This document shows, piece after piece, positions 38,501 through 53,500 of a stretch of DNA of 64,000 bases. Each line of letters opens with the position of its first letter. Positions within the stretch are counted from its first letter, which is position 1. The notes under the pieces were generated by a model, which made no database searches, was not told the DNA's origin, and was given only the letters and a program-made list of their open reading frames with translations. Location of the stretch: NCBI GenBank assembly GCA_050575255.1, contig JBNZDD010013687.1, forward strand, positions 847,024-911,023. Reading direction: 5' to 3'. This DNA comes from Harriotta raleighana (lineage: Eukaryota). Position numbers and translations under genes: made by a program.

Positions 38501-41500
38501 GATAAATCTAATTTATTTTCTAACCAAAGTTACTTAATATGGAATTTTAATATAGCAGCAGCAAATTGTGCTGCACACAGCAAATATTAAGACTGATTAG
38601 TTTGTGTTGTTACATCGGTCAGTTTACATCTCCTGCAGTTATTTTTACCTGCTGGATGCCATAAGTCCAACCTTGTCTGATCCTATCTTTAGCCCATACA
38701 TTATGTGCATTTTCAGCCAGTTTATCAACGAGAACATCTTGGGTAGAGAGAAGCTTGACATCCGAAAGGTCCAGCGGAGCAGGCTTATAACCATTTGGCA
38801 TCATATAACTAAAATTGAACAAAAAATTTCATGTTTTAAAATGTCAGCAAAAAAAATTAACCATGCAACTTCTAAGTAAACCTCCAAAACTAAATGTAAT
38901 TTATTTTCCTCTCAAGATCAACATTTTCTATTCATGTTTGAATACTATAAATACTATATTCATGTTTGTAGGTTCAATCAGGGAAGGTTGACTAAAAAAC
39001 ATAAGCTACTTTGGGTTTGAAGTTCTTGAGAATCAATGGTAGATTTATTTTGTATTAAAACTATTTCAAATGTATTAAAATTATTTCACACTTTCATTTT
39101 AAGAATTCGACCATTTAATTAAAATTGTCAGATCTAGTCTGAAATTAAACTTGATTGAGGGAGAGAACTAATTAGTTTCCTTCTTCCTTTATTTTTACAC
39201 TCTTTAGTATTACTCTAAACACTGAAGAATCTAGTTCTCAAATTATTTACAGTTAACGGACAGAACAATAAAACATAATTATCACCCAACAAAAACACTT
39301 CTGAAATTCTGAAAGCTCGTGTAAATTTACAAGGAATAGACAAATATGAAAAGACAAGTAGAGCGAGCATTGAATGGGACTAGATTAGTACAGAGAAAAC
39401 ACCAGCAGACTTGATGGGTCTAATAACCAACAACAAATGACAATTATACAGTAGTTTTCACATTAGGAGGACATCCCAAAGCCCTAAACAGTCAGGGATT
39501 CACATCAGTCTCTGTATTGGTATATTCTAACTTTTATTCATTTGATCCAATAATACATATTCTGTAAGGTACTTAAATTAACATGTACAATAAAAGCTTC
39601 TTTATCCGGCACCTAACCAACCGGAACGCTCAATCAACCGGTATCTCCCAATACAATTCACCATTCCAGCAAATGGATCTCATACCGGAGCCATCCGGGA
39701 CACTCGCAAGTATGTTCTCTGTGCGCATGCGCACTTATTAAACTTAGCAAATGCTGGAATTTTCATTTTACCGAGTGTGCTGGAATGCTTTATTGGTAAG
39801 TATCCATACAATATTCTGTTATTATTTAATCTATTATTAATATGGTACGTTTTAAAACAAGTAAATTTTTTGTGTAGGATTTTCGGCAACTTGCCGCTCG
39901 AATATCCGGCATATTTGATTAAACAGCACTGGTCAGGTCCCAAGGCTGCTGGATAAACAAGCTTTTACTGTAAATGGAAAAAGTAAAAAACATACTGATC
40001 AGCTGAACAACTCATAGACATTCTCCTGATCACTTACTACTGTATTAGGTTACACTTACTTTTTGGGAAGTTTCATTCTTTGTAGATTTTCTTCAGCTTT
40101 TGGTTTAGTGACAACAACGTGACATCCAAGAGCCAACAATGTCCTGAAAAGACATTTCAATCCCTTAAGTAACTTCTGAGACTCAATTTATTTTAGTTTT
40201 TGCACAGTATTTGTAACTGAGGCAGATTTAATAAGAACAAACTTACTTCAACGTTTCAAAAGACATTTGCAAATTGTAGTTTCTCTCTTGCTCTGGCAGT
40301 TTTGGAAAATTCACCAAGCAAGGATGCTGCCTCTTGTTGTCATCTCGTAACTAAAAATGAATCACAGGTAGCTATGAGAAGGATTGCTGGCTTTGTTGCC
40401 AATCCTGAAGATCCCCCAGCTAAAGTACGAGCTCTTTCAAGGTCAGCCTCAAGATCTTCCTTTTTGACTGTGCCTTTGGTCATCTTCCCCCTTGGTTTCC
40501 ACACCCAGCTAAGGTGCCAAGCCAGGATTAAGCACCTTGCGATACCTTCCCAAAGTGAAAGGCACTATGTATAAATATAAATTTGTAACGTATTGCATGA
40601 TGGGACTTGCATTGTGAATAGACAAAGTGAGCGTACTGGCCATTACCAACAAGACAAGAATCTAGAAAGTTTGCTCAAAGATGCCTAGGTTTCCATTTTA
40701 GTAACCATTTGTTATCCACATTTCAGTGAAGCCCATTCCGCAAGTAATGAATTATAAATTATCACAGAAGAGTGCACTTTGGCAGGTGATTGAAAAGCGA
40801 TAGTAAATCACTCTTTTGCCATATCTTAAAATAACATAATTTTATATTGGAAAATAAAACCAATAAGTTACTATGCTGTATATTTAACCCAGGTTTTAAA
40901 CAAATAAGAGGTTATGGTGTTTGACCCTCACTCTTATTAGATTTAGTATGAAGAGCATTGAAAAATCCTTTAACCTCACAACTGCCTTCTCAAATTTATA
41001 AACAAACAAATCTTTCATTGCATTATTGCTTGGGATGAACATATATTTTATTTCAACATTAGACTATCTAACTAAAATAAAAGATGGTAATAAACTAATA
41101 ACTCATTTTGCAAGACAAACTCATTAACATGATGTACAATTACTGTATAATCTTACCTTCCCGTATACCCAGCCAAGTTCAATCTTATTCATTGCCCAAA
41201 GTTCATGGATATTTTCTGCAAGTTTATCCCGTACTTTTTCCAGTTGTGGAGGTAAAATAATCTGCACAATAACAGGAAACATTTCAGCATTTCATCTATT
41301 TCACTTCCACATGCAACAAGAGTGTTACACAAGTATCCTTTCTTTATTTGTGGATTCCTTGCAGGGTAACCAATAAATTATAGAACTATTGCAAAGGATC
41401 ACTAAAATAAAAGGAGTAGGACTTTGGGTGATGGGGGGATAAAAGAAAAATGGTCCTAAATAATCAATGATCCATGCTGTATATTGAAAGTTGAGCCCTT

Positions 41501-44500
41501 TCATTTCTGATAAGCAAGTTTTTTTTATTTTCTGGCTGCAGTTTAGAAAACCTTAAAACCTAATGTGGAAAAAAAAAATGCCTCCAAAGGCCAGTTGCAC
41601 AATACCAATGCTTCATTGTACATACGCATTACATAAGTATTGTACAGTATTATGTATTTGTGTGTTGCAGGGAAAAAAGAATGCAGGTTTATAGGTCGAA
41701 AGAGAAATATGTTGGGCATCTGTGGTTTTTTTAAAAAAGTGATTACACCTAGAGACATCTTCACTATCAATCACCATAATCTCACACGTTATAATCTTTG
41801 AAGAAGGCGCACAATTCAGGATTTGGCAAATATCTTAAAATCCCTATTGTGTGCACCCATGAATAATATCAAAATGTCTGGGATTTTTTTCTGTAGGCAT
41901 GCAAATATATATTAGGAGGTTGTAGGATACATTAGTCTATCCTTCTGTGGGTTTACATATAGCTCTTGGACTGAATCTGTTTAGTGTTCTCCAGGTGAGT
42001 GAATGATGATTGACTGGACAACATTCTGTCTGCGAAGGAATGCAAGCACTATAACCAACCTGAGAAAGTCATCATCATACACATACGCTGGAATTATTTA
42101 GGTTTCGGAACCACACAAGACTGTAATGAATCTGAGCACTGCAGTAGATTTCAAGTTTAATTACCTGGCTGGTATCTACAGGTTTGGGGATGAAGGAGGC
42201 TTGCGAAAAAAAGGAAGTTGTGCCTAGTAGATCTCGAATGCTGTTATTATCTCGTTTGTACTCTTTAATAGGCTCCAATCTCAGTTTCTCCTTTGGTAGA
42301 AGTGCTTCATAGCAAGGAGCGTAACCCGGAGGAGGTAAAAACTTAAAATCGCCATGGTGACCACCCATCAAAAAGCGCATTCTTAAAAACAAAGGAACAA
42401 ACACAGATTACATCAATGGTACTTTAAATTTGGACAAACACCTTGATTATCTAAAAAAAAACATCCTCTGAGATGGGTGAATGCCAAACAGTCCTTGGAG
42501 ATTTGAGGATTAAACGGGAGAGTGTTTTAAAAAGGTTTTGTGGGACCATAAATATTAAAAAGTTACAAACATGTATGCTAATTCAAAGATGTTACTGTGT
42601 ATAATATAATCAAAGACCACAGGTAACTGAAATGCAACCAACCACTTAAATATATAGATGACAGGCAATGAATCAGTCTCTGGTTAGAACGTTTCTATGA
42701 TCTGTGAGCTGACTCATTTGATTATAGAAAAGTTGAGCATGCAAATATGCACCATAAGGTGCAGGCTGTGCATTAAATAAATTATTTTTACTCTGTATGA
42801 ATATACAGGGCAGTGCAGTCTCAGGATTAATAATAAATAATCTGTATTTTGAGGATAACAATCAGCGGTCAGGTATTTCCCAAGGGTTTGTTTATCAAAG
42901 AGCTATTCATGTCTTGCAGAACTTGCAGTACAAAAACTGCCAATTAAGCTTTAGCCTTTTGATAAAGATAATGATCTAACATGCCTATGTGAATACCCTG
43001 GCAGTTGGTCATGCATGCAAAATGACTTGATAAAATTAATACCCAGTATAGGGTTTGCTGCTGTGTGAAGCTGACCGCCTCCTATCAGATAATTTCACAC
43101 ATTGCTTTGGCTACTAGTGAAAGCAATGCAGAAATTCTATGAACAGTATTGAATTATCTAGGTCTAAATCAGGGACTTCCTGTGATATTGCAACCTCTAG
43201 CGAACTCCAGGTCTGGTTAGGAATCAATCATTTGAACATGATTCAAAAAAATTAATTGAGTGATTTGAGAAATGTTATTCACTAACATGATATTTATGGG
43301 TGATACTTCACTTGCCACTAAGTTTAGTGACTGTGACAACGTATACTTCTCATAGGATGTCACTACACTTGGCAGCAAGTGGAATATCTTGCACTGGTCT
43401 GATAAACAGAAAATGATATTAGCTAATAAACTGTAGACACCTATGTGCATTAGAGACCATGTATCTGCATTTTCTAAAGCAAAATAGAGACTTGCTGGGG
43501 AAGTTCAACTTACTTGGCACCCGCTGAGAAGCTAACCACAGGGAAGAAAAGGCCATCAGTGTTGAAGTTCTCAAACATGCCTTGAACTGGTTGACCATTA
43601 ATGCGGAAAGACATACTAGGGATGCCCAAATCCAGGCAACAGCTAACTACATCATCGGAACTCAGTATATGTTGATTAATTGAAGCCACTGCTCGAGCCA
43701 CTCGACCTGTTACAAAAGTGATGACAATAATTTATATTCTTACACAGCAGTGTTTAGTATCAATAACAACAACAACAACAACAGCAAAATTACACTTATA
43801 GAGTGCGTTTCACGTCAGGAGGACGTCCCAAGGCGCTGGACAGATTGGTTCAGGACCCGAGCAAGGGAAAATGTTCAGGGCGAGGGGGGGGAAGGGTGGG
43901 AGCAAGGAGGGGGTAGAGACTCGAGAGGGGAGTTGAAGGCACGGTCGAAGAGAAAGGTCTTGAGACCGGCCTTGAAAGAGGAAAGGGAGGAGGCGAGGCG
44001 AAGGCACAGGGGGATGGAGTTCCAGAGCCTGGGGGCTGAACGGCTGAAAGCCCGGCCGCCGATGGTAGGACGGTTAGGGCAGGGGACGTGGAGCAGACCA
44101 GTGCCAGAGGAACGGAGGGTACGGGCAGGTAGATAGGGGGATAGTAGGTCGGAGAGGTAGGAGGGAGCAAGGCCGTGAATGGCCTTGTAGGTAAGGATGA
44201 GGATCTTGAATTCGATCCTCTGGGGGATGGGGAGCCAGTGAAGATGGGCGAGGGTGGGAGTGATGTGGTCTCGAAGCCTGGTGCGGGAGAGTACACGAGC
44301 TGCAGAGTTCTGGATAACCTTTCTGTTTGAGACCAAGTCCAGTTTCCAGTAATTGAATTAGGTTCATTAAGCAGTCTATTCTAAATGGTAACAAAAAGGG
44401 ATTATTGAATGACTTAAAAGTAAAATCAGCATTTATTTCACAATAGGTGGAATGCTGCCAATTACCAACCTGACCACAAGTGAAGTCCATCAAATCCATA

Positions 44501-47500
44501 GGAATACAGATCATCACCCACTCCGTTGCCACCCCACCCTTCCCCACCTCCTGGATAGGGAGCATAGCCTTTTGTGGAAGCCCACCCAACACGCAAGTGA
44601 ATAGGATCTGCAGTCAAAAAGTGATTCACTTGATCAATGGCCAGTTCATAATACCACTTCTGGTACTGGGCTGATCCTTCACTGATTCCCAAAAAGATGT
44701 TCGGTCTTAAACTGTTAAAAACAAATGGAAAATAAGCATTAGTAGTAATTGGCAACCAATTTGGTTTTATTTATGAAAATGTTCCAAGAAAGTCTAAACC
44801 CTTATGGACTTGCAGATTAGATGTGAAATTAAATGTAAATATCTCTAAAGGGAGTTCCCTCATTTATTTGCTAGTTTATGACCCAATCACTATAAATGGG
44901 ATCAGACAAGGTGATTTCTGGGGAATACAGACTCTATGGTAATAAATTAGGACAATAGACAATTTTCTTTTATTCATTGTAATGGGGGGGAATTTTTTTA
45001 ATTAACATTTTTGATTAACATTAAATTCTTTGCTTTGAAATAAACAGGAATAATTGACTTTACCTGGTCACATTATTGACTAAGCGAGTTTGCAGGAGTA
45101 AATCATGGCGAGGCAGCAAATTGTCACAAATCAGATTTTGATTGATTCGAACAGCAACACCGTTGCATACACAAAGCGAACACAACACATCCAGGATCTA
45201 AAACAGAATAAACAGAGATCATGGTCCAAACTGAGTTCGACAGTATTACTGCCACAGACGAGCAGTTACAATGAGTATATTAAAAAGTGAACTATTCAGT
45301 ATAAATAAAAAACCAAACATTTCATCAGTTTCCTATCCCTTATGGCGGAGAATCTCTAATTGGGTTTGTTTTCTACCCTTCCTTCCAATATAAAGTGCCA
45401 TAGATGTCACCCACAAATATAATCAATTCACTTTACAGTATATTCTGTGAAGCACTTTGAGAAGTCAAGAAGATGTGAAAAGCGCTATATCAAATGCATA
45501 ATAAAACTTTATTATTAAAACCATCAGTAATTTATCCCACCTCATTACTAGCCCACTGATGGGAGTGCCACACTAGAGCTCATTATTTAGAGGTTTGTAC
45601 TTTAGGTTTTCTCATCTCAACATTCACCTATAGATTCAGAAATTGCAAATTATGATTTTTTTTCTTGCATCTATTATTAATCCTGGATCATTTTTCATAT
45701 ACTTCTCTCCTGTACACACCTTATGATTCCGTCCGTGTTTCTCCAGTAATGAGATGATAGATCTAATATGTACTTCTTCAATTATATTGAGAGCCTCTGG
45801 GCTTTCAATCAAGATGCAATGCAACACTTCTAAAATACCTGCAAATAACAGAGAAACACAATACACAGTGAATAGTTTATAGTATCTGCTTGAGTATTTT
45901 CTCATTGATTATATTTCTGTCAGTGGCTAAAATTCAACTATTTCTTTGGGTGTCAATCTCGTGTCACCCACTCTTAGCTAAGACACATCTATTGCATGGC
46001 TATTCTGTGGTAAATAATTACAAAAGAAATGAAAAGAAACTTTAAAATAGTCCACAATCTTCAACCTAAAGAAGATTATCACCTTAATTATTTTCTCCTT
46101 GTATACTTCTATTTAAAAGAAATTGCTGTTCGTCATTGACAATATCGTAAGTGTTCGATTTTTACTCTTAAATGAAAACCTACCTGAAGATGATTCGAGT
46201 CGGTCTAACTTGCTGACCAGCCAGTCTAAGTTTTTGGAAAACTGAGCACAGTTGCTCCGATTACCACGTATGAGGGCAGCTACAAAAAGCAACAGAACAC
46301 AGCAATATGAACTGGAGGACATGACAAACTGAACCAATCATAACACTGGAACAAAGAAAGAAATTACAGGTATATAAAGATATATCATGTATTTATACTG
46401 ATCATACAAATTCTAAGACTAAATTGTAAGAACGATCTAAGAACTGCATGAAAACACATGTCAATTATTAACAATAAATTGAATCCCACGAGGAATAGTT
46501 TTTTTTTAAAAAAAGTTGAAACTTGTCTCAAGTTTAGCTGGGTTTCAAGCCATCAACGTGGTCAGTTCTACAAGTCTTTGTAGCTTGCTAATTCAAGAAT
46601 GATAGAAACAGTTCGTTACAGTGTGTTCAAAGTAACAGAAATGTTAATAAATTTTTGGTTACACTGCTCATATTATATTCTATCAGATTTTATATACCGT
46701 AGTATGGAATGCTTTTTTCTTATTATGTATATATAATAAATTAATTTATAATCAAATGAAACAAAGTCCACTCCTTTCACAGATGATTCAAAGCTTGCCT
46801 TATTGTGCACTCCCTCCAGCCATCCAGAAAGTTATGAGTACAGTCTATGCTCATTGACCAGCAAAGGTATTCCAACAATATCTCTAGAATTTATCTGTCC
46901 CCTACAAAGCCATTTAACTCTAGGCTGCTCCTCACCACAACACGTTATAATAATCCCGATATGCGATGGAAATATAGAATTACAGCCTTTACCTAGCAGC
47001 ACATATAGCAAATTCAACACATCTTTCCACGCTGCCCCAGATTCTTCACCAGCAAATTCTCCAAAATGTGCTGCACTGTGGTAGATATTCAGCCGGTCAA
47101 TGCAATTCAGTACCAATCTCAGCATTGCCTAGAGTTGGAAAAGAGACGATATTTCAGTGACATGTTCTTTTGAATTCTAATGTCTTAAGATGATTTATCC
47201 ATAAAATATAAGAATGAGTAGGAGAGTTGTCTCAGATGTTCTGCTTATCAGTTTGGCTATTGCTGCATACTTATACCATGAATGGAATTTAATTGAAGCA
47301 CTTCCAAAGAGCTGTCAAATGTACATTCACAAGGTAACAAACAATTATGCTACAGGATCTCGCTCCCTGCAATGGCTCACATGTCAAAGATCATTAAGCA
47401 TTAACGTCAGCTATACATCATCGTGACAGAGCTTTACTGGAACAATCAAAATGTTTGCGTTGTGGTATCATACAGCACGTGCAGGAATGTAGTTTAATCC

Positions 47501-50500
47501 TGCTGGATGTTTTGCTCGTCTGACAAGCCTCATATCAATGGACTTGTAAAATATAGATGTTGAATCAGACCTTAAGATATTTATATTTGCCAATCACTCG
47601 GGGGCATTGTTAGACTTTTTAGTATGACAACACATTTAAAACATCATCTTAGATTAAAAGGAGACATTTTATGTGAATGTAGAAGAGAATATGAAAAAGG
47701 CAGCCAACATGGTACACATTATAAATTTGTTCTCCAGTTACACGCAAACTTACAGCACCTTTTACTTATTTGACATTTTGCTTACATGATCTCACAGCTC
47801 TTTGCAATTGTCTACTTCAGTCAACATAATTAATGGGAGCGTCAGTAAAGGAATGACTTATTTAATAAGAATTTTCCTGATATTCCACATGGTCACATGA
47901 GTGTCAAGCATCACTAAAATAACTGACTATGCTTTAGTGGTTTACCCAGCAGCACTGCCATCATTGCAAAAGGCAATAGTCTATTTAAAGGTTAAGTGAC
48001 AGAACTGCAATTTTATATATACACGCACACACACACACATATAATTAAAAATAATCTTTCTATCTGTGTGATTATAATTTTCTAAATGTTCCCATCTAAA
48101 ATATTGCTTGCTATAAGTTATTATGCTAATCTCCTGCAAGAGTTTAGTGATTAGTCACATTTATCAAAATGGAATGTGGGACCCAATGTTGACTTAATAG
48201 ATGCATGTGATCTTGTTGAAAGTGGAAATGCAGTGCTGAAAACTACTTGAAGTAAGTTAGAAAGGGTTAGCCACAACATATTCAAATATTCCACAAGTGC
48301 TGGATCTGTGAAATGAATTTCAATGAGCCTGAAGGATATTGCATTTGCTGACAATTTGTATTTTTTCCTCAGCAGAATACATTATTGAAGGGGAGGGAAT
48401 TGAAATCAGTTGGGACTAATTTGACTGATAAATGCTTAAGTTTCACATCGCTCATGCTATTTTGTTAAATCATGGAATATATAGATACAGTACAAGGCAA
48501 AGGTTGAAGTACTACTAATGCATCAACCCTTAATTAATTGATATATACCAGCTTGTCTAAATCCCCTCCCCCAAACAATTAATTTTGTCTGTATCTTTTA
48601 CCGTAAGTAGTACAGTAAAAACAGCAGTGGAGGCAGTAAAAAAAAATTATGTACAAGACAAATATGTCACACTATCACACCAAATTATCAGATATTATCT
48701 CACTGGCTGTCCTTCAACAGAATGGATGAGCTCTGACTGGCTCCTTCTTGTCCATTAGAAGCTGGGAGGAACTGAGAGGATTGGTGAGGCTGATATGCAA
48801 CATTCAGATTGAGCTCCTTGTAACTTTCGTGTGCCTCCATGAGCTCAATCTCAGATTCACATCCAAAACCGGTAGCGTTGAGTTGAATATTCAAATCATG
48901 TTGGTTTCTGTTTCAACACATCTCATTTCACAATTTTGGTCCTGGTGGGTGGTGTTCATATAATGAATACGCTGAGCTGGCTGATCTTTATGAAAAACAT
49001 GAGCAGGTGAGCTTCTCGAATGGATCAGCAAGCGTAACTAGTAAGTAGCTGAACCATATAGTTTTCATCTCCTGTGTGTTGAGTTATTTAACCTAATTTG
49101 GGATGGCAGTAAGGGTGCTACTATAAGCAGCAGAAATAATATGCCTAGAATCACTCTCCTATACCACATATTCTTTGGAAGCAGGTGCACAATGATCGGG
49201 TATGTTGATGGGGGTATATTTAATTTAAGCTGATGTAATGAAGTGCTCTTTGTGATTTGTCCACAGTTTATCACATCAGCACAGATTGTGTCCCGAGACG
49301 AAAGGCAGGTATTTGCAATGAAATAACGCACGTTGCATACCTTGAAAAGGTCACAAACCGTAAACAAGAACTGAATGCTGAACATGAAAACACTCAACAC
49401 AATCTGGACATTATTTCCTCACCTCCTCTTTAAATAGATTCTGTCTGTTTCTGAGGGAGCGCAGTTTGTTCTGTTTATCTTCATGTTCCAATTCTTCCTC
49501 CGGTGGATGGAAATAAGTGATCAGGTCATTCAAAACTTCCCCAATTTCTTTCATGGGCAATGTGACTGGTGCAGTTTTACCGTTTGCACTGAGATAATCG
49601 AGGCCCCTGTAGAAATGTGTCTGTAAGTATTTTCTAAGCAATTTAAACTAACAGCTAACAATTTTGTAACACATCGGATGTGAAGTAGCTTGTTTCTCAA
49701 GAGTGAATTAAAGCATGTGGCATACAGTATTCAGCGAGTTTTAGAACAAAAACTCAAAAGGTAAGCTATATGGTAACAATGTAAGACAAAAACAAAGCTG
49801 TAAACATGCTAAATGATTGCATTAAACATATTCACCTGAAAAGCTATAATTCAATACATTCATTCTAGTCAGATTGCCTGTTAAGGCTTTTATTCTATCA
49901 TTTAGGAATCATGTAAACCTCAAAACAGTTGTTGCACTAAAATTTAAAAGCAAATAATTTTAGGATTGTGTTTAGAATGAACATTTGTTATCGAAAGCCC
50001 TGCATTAAGGTGCGGTATAAATCAGGGCTCTGGCAGCATAAGTTAAAACGGTAGCCTAGCTTCTTAACATCAATTGAATAGTTTGTCTATGTTAGTGTAC
50101 AGGTACACTTTAACAACAAATGCTAAATTTCAGGCTCTTTGCATGCTCCAAGGTTTCCATGTATTTTTTCCATTCCAAGAAGAATGTTAAATACACAATA
50201 CAATTTACATTTATTGAGCACCTTTCACATCAGGATGATGTCTGAAAGTGCTACCTCGGCAATAGCAAGGCGAAGGGGAGATAAGATGACCCTACGGTCC
50301 TACAATTCAGGATGTAGGTTGTTAGGTAAATATTTGAAAGAATATTTGGAAACGGTATTGATTTCCTGATCAAGTACCTGATAAACCGGTTAAAGAGACT
50401 TGTTGTGTTCCGTATAATACGAGCTGCACGAGATTCTTCATTTTGACATCTTTGCAGGGTTACACCATCATCCATGTGGCCTTCTTGATGCAATATAACC

Positions 50501-53500
50501 TGGAATTAAAATAAGAATTTATTCTCAGTACACGGTTGTTTTCATGTGTAAGGATTGGCAATCAAAATCATGCATTGGAACTTGACTTTCCACTTTTAAA
50601 ATCCATTTACGGCTGTTCTTTTGAAAACCACATGATTTTATGTATTGTATATAAAACACATAAGTTCCAAAGAAGTTGCAACTTGAGATCAGTATTTAGC
50701 AAACATTAATTATTCCAAACACCTGGCAGTGTAATTCCAAAGCACTAATTTCCACCTCAGCTGCTGGTTAAAAAACACTTATCTTTTAGTAAAGAGCAAA
50801 TTAGGTTTTCGTTCAAAATTATTGGCAAAGTGACGAAGTGAGAGGACAATCAATTTGCTAGTTAAAGAACATCCCTTTGTCATTTAAACAATCAATTTGG
50901 AATCAGTGAGCATTTTTTGTATAATTACCACCCTCCTCTTTATTTAATGAATAGGAAATTATTTAATATAATGGGTAAAATCACAGCTAACTCCTATCCT
51001 TAGCCATTATTCACAGGTGCACTTTTCCGCAGAGGTCATAAGATAGTGTTTAGAAATGGATGATTTAATCCTTCCCCTTGCCCAGAGATAGTGAATCTAT
51101 TTATATATCCTCTCCCGTCACTGGTGTTAACAATTTAGTACATACTTTCCGTTTCAGAGTTCCTAGACGTGATGATTTGGCATCTGGAGCACAGTATGTC
51201 AGCCATAGGCAACTTGCTAGGTGCTGAATTATGCAAAGTGAATCACCGTACTTTATCTCAGGGTTTCCCATGCCATCTATCTCTCTCCGCATACCCAAAT
51301 CCAATTTTTCCTTTGGGATTTAAACAAGAGCAAAAAAGAAAAACAATAGTTTAGCAGAATATTTGGAACATTGCAAAATTCTCATCATCATCTAGTAATA
51401 ACAATCATTGCATTTGATAGTGAGCCTTATCATGTCTTCAAGTCGTCTCAAAAGTCTTCGTAGAATCCACTGTAAAGTGAAAAGAAAGTCATTGCATAAA
51501 TGTACAAATGTAAATTAGTTGCAGCTAAGCTCTGCAGATGTATGCAGATTGAATCTATCACACTTGCACCCCTCGTTACCTTTAATCGCACCCTTCGTAA
51601 TACACTTCTCCAATGTGCAACTCTTATAATATCTTGCCCATTATAGTACCTTTGATGTTTGGAAGCAGAATGCTGATGCTTTGGTGTCTGCCTTTTCTCG
51701 ATCCAGCAGCACAAGAACTTGATCTTCAGTCAAGCCCAGATATAGACCTGTTGTGATGTGCCGCAAACGGAAAGCCTGGCCCCATCTTATATGACTTCCA
51801 CTCCAGCTAAATAATAGTCAAAGGGCAAATACAATGATGCCCATCACATTCTGGTAAAATCCAACACTGGCACACGTAAGATATGCAGTAAAAAATTTTT
51901 TTAAAAGTTATCTCAACAAGCCTTACATCAACAAGTACAAAAACTTGCATTTATACAGTGCGCCTTACACAGGGTGGCGCCCCAGTGCGCTTGATAGTGG
52001 CGGATAATGACCCCCGAGCTGGGTGGAGAGGGAGGACGCTCTAGGCACAAAGAAGGTCTTCAGGAGCGACCTGAAGATGGGGACGTAAGGGGCAAGGTGG
52101 AGTGATAGACGAAGAGTGTTCCAAATTTCAAGCTGCTTTTTAAACGAGTCCAGAGTTCTGGCCTCATTCACTCTTCCTAGTCGCCTATTTTAGTCATTCA
52201 TTTACCTTCTGAGTAAAGAACAACAGATTCAAAAGGTAAATGGTAGTTGAGGTTTCTAATAACTTTACCTTATCCGTAGGGGTTCCAGACGCCATAGCGA
52301 TCTGGCACAGGCACTTGCTTCCCCACTTTCATAGTTAACCGTTCTGCAGATAGATCACAAGAAGAGTGCTTGGTGAAATCCTTCGAACCTATCTGGCATT
52401 TTGGATTGACAATTAATTAGACAAATTGTCAAAAACATGTTTCATCTCCACTGCTTCAATCTGCTTCAGATTGAAGTGTGCCACAAGAATAAAATGATTA
52501 CTGCAAACTGTAATGCAAGGTCAACTAAGCAAGCTTACCTCTGCCCCTCCTTCCTCTGAGCTGGAAGGGGGAAAGTCAAGCACTCATCGTGGCCATGAAA
52601 AAGCCGCAGAACATGTCCGCCAATCAGAAACCCTGCAGAGACAATTGTAGGAGATTAATGAAAGTTAAATAATTAACACAATTAGTCTAGCATAGATGAG
52701 TCTAACTAAGATGCTAGCTGTTAATTAAAGCCCATAGATTCTCCAATATCGCAATGAATAATATCCTATTACTGACAAAAAGTCCAAATTCCTCTGTTTG
52801 TGGGAAAGATTATTTCACAAACTTTCCAAATCTACAAATGCTAAAACATTTCACAGTGGACCTATTCACAGTACTAACAACTTTTGTTGCAGTCAAAGGA
52901 AATGTAGTAACCATTGAGCAAATCCCTCAGTGAAAATCTTATTACACTAGAGTTGAGATTGTGGATTTGCAAATATGATAGAGATATCAGTCACAAACCT
53001 CCACCTCACTCTGCTTCTAGGTCAGATGATGACTTCGAATGTTGCCGAGGTGCTGCTCCCAAAAGATTGAAAACAGCTTTGGTTTCAAACTTGGGGAGCT
53101 CCTGTGACTCAGTGGTTAGAGCACTCGCCTTACAAGCATGAGGCCTGTGTTCGAATCCAGGCAGATCAGGGCGAAACCTTGGGCAAGTTTCCTTACTCCA
53201 CATGCCTAATAATAATCCCTCCAAAAAAACTACAATAATAAAATTGGTCATTTTCAATCCATGACTGTTTGTGGGACGCTGCTGTGCGCAATTGGCTGCC
53301 GCGTTTCGCCCACAAATATACAGTCAATTCACTTTACAGTATACTCTGTGAAGCGCTTTGGGACGTTGATAAGATGTGAAAAGCGCTATATCAAATGCAA
53401 GGATTATTATTATTTTATTATAATGAATGTGCCTTAAGAAAGGAGAACATCTCACCTTCTGCTCTATTGCTGCCTGAACATATGAGATGTACATTCCATA

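Noticed and set aside
43750-44592. Overlapping ORFs of 128-172 aa as new genes
   Set aside because: Alternative frames of the L2 fragment and the neighbouring RyR exon.
53093-53170. tRNA-like sequence (also at 9221, 22649, 30570)
   Set aside because: It is the Pol III head of a SINE and continues into the shared body and tail.
9221-53420. All four near-complete SINEs are antisense to the gene
   Set aside because: Sample too small, and fragments occur in both orientations.
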